Positions 37,051 to 37,613 of a DNA stretch of 37,613 nt are shown here, piece by piece. Source of the stretch: a virus (Duplodnaviria; Caudoviricetes); the IMG/VR virus record IMGVR_UViG_3300025429_000037, positions 1-37,613 of that record. One strand, given 5' to 3'. The first letter of the stretch is position 1. Each line of letters starts with the position of its first letter. The position numbers were made by a program, and so were the translations under genes. The notes under the pieces are model-generated. The model ran no database searches and had not been told where the DNA came from. It was given only the letters and a program-made list of their open reading frames with translations.

Positions 37051-37613
37051 AATTATTGACAATAACGTGGTCTTATGAAAATTCTTATAATATAGAAAAT
37101 ACTTTTTTATATAGATCTTTTATAAAACAAAATGATAAAGAGCATTTTTTACATATACATTATAATAGAAATGAATATTTAGAGTTAGAACAAGAATTTA
37201 AATTAAGATTTGATTATCAATACGAATATATTCTGTATAAACTTTTTTTAACAAAAGAAAAAATTAAATTTTTTGATACAGATTGTTTTATAGTTGCAGA
37301 TGCGAATGATGTCGTTTGCTTAGGAAATGTACAATCATTAGAAATTCCAGATAGCGTATTAGTATCTTCAGAAATTAATAGATATCCATCGAGTATGGGA
37401 GATTGGGGAGGACTAGAGTATTCTTCAGAAGAAATAAAAAATCTTCATTTTTTAAATTCAGGACTTTTTATAACTAGTAAAAAAAATTATATAGATTTTT
37501 TAGATAGTTTAATTAATAATGTTCTTTCTAAAAATTTAAAATCTTTTGGTGGAGATCAGGGAATTTTTATTTTTCATTATTTAAGTAAAAATTTACCACA
37601 GATAGTTTTAGAT
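37044..37613 (+). CDS. PLOD (lysyl hydroxylase)-type GT-A glycosyltransferase domain protein, truncated at window end (not in ORF track)
   Basis: Open from ATG 37044: IVADANDVV, SSEINRYP, FLNSGLFI, GGDQG...IVLD. Confidence 0.65.
   Translation, partial: MVKLLTITWSYENSYNIENTFLYRSFIKQNDKEHFLHIHYNRNEYLELEQEFKLRFDYQYEYILYKLFLTKEKIKFFDTDCFIVADANDVVCLGNVQSLEIPDSVLVSSEINRYPSSMGDWGGLEYSSEEIKNLHFLNSGLFITSKKNYIDFLDSLINNVLSKNLKSFGGDQGIFIFHYLSKNLPQIVLD

Noticed and set aside
1-37613. Alternative genetic code (stop codon reassignment)
   Set aside because: Long ORFs tile the window under the standard code, and TAA, TAG and TGA all end genes at expected positions.
1-37613. tRNA, rRNA or other known ncRNA genes
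   Set aside because: Intergenic gaps are short, and none shows a cloverleaf or other recognisable RNA gene.

Overview
AT-rich, entirely plus-strand, gene-dense segment of a large T4-like tailed phage, covering the late/morphogenesis region. The host is probably in Bacteroidota (almost no Shine-Dalgarno sites; TAnnTTTG elements). Gene order: 3' end of a gp46/SbcC-like ATPase; putative head-packaged proteins (HIGH nucleotidyltransferase fused to a KxDG ligase-like domain, HExxH peptidase, basic proteins, nuclease-like protein); GH24 lysozyme; membrane coiled-coil protein; large terminase in two genes joined by an atypically split intein; portal; prohead protease; scaffold; major capsid protein; PhoH; gp13/gp14/gp15-like neck and tail-completion proteins; a 2255-aa Ser/Ala/Thr-rich repetitive fibre; a second fibre protein; two LamG-like paralogs; and four glycosyltransferases (two GT60-like, one GT25-like, one PLOD-type, truncated). 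Most notable: a candidate phage-encoded protein O-glycosylation system next to virion proteins full of [ST]-[GA]-S motifs; the split terminase; two decayed homing endonucleases that remodelled neighbouring genes; a recurrent ATATTTAT upstream motif; and structured 5' leaders before the scaffold and fibre genes. All family calls come from motifs recognised by eye, with no database searches.
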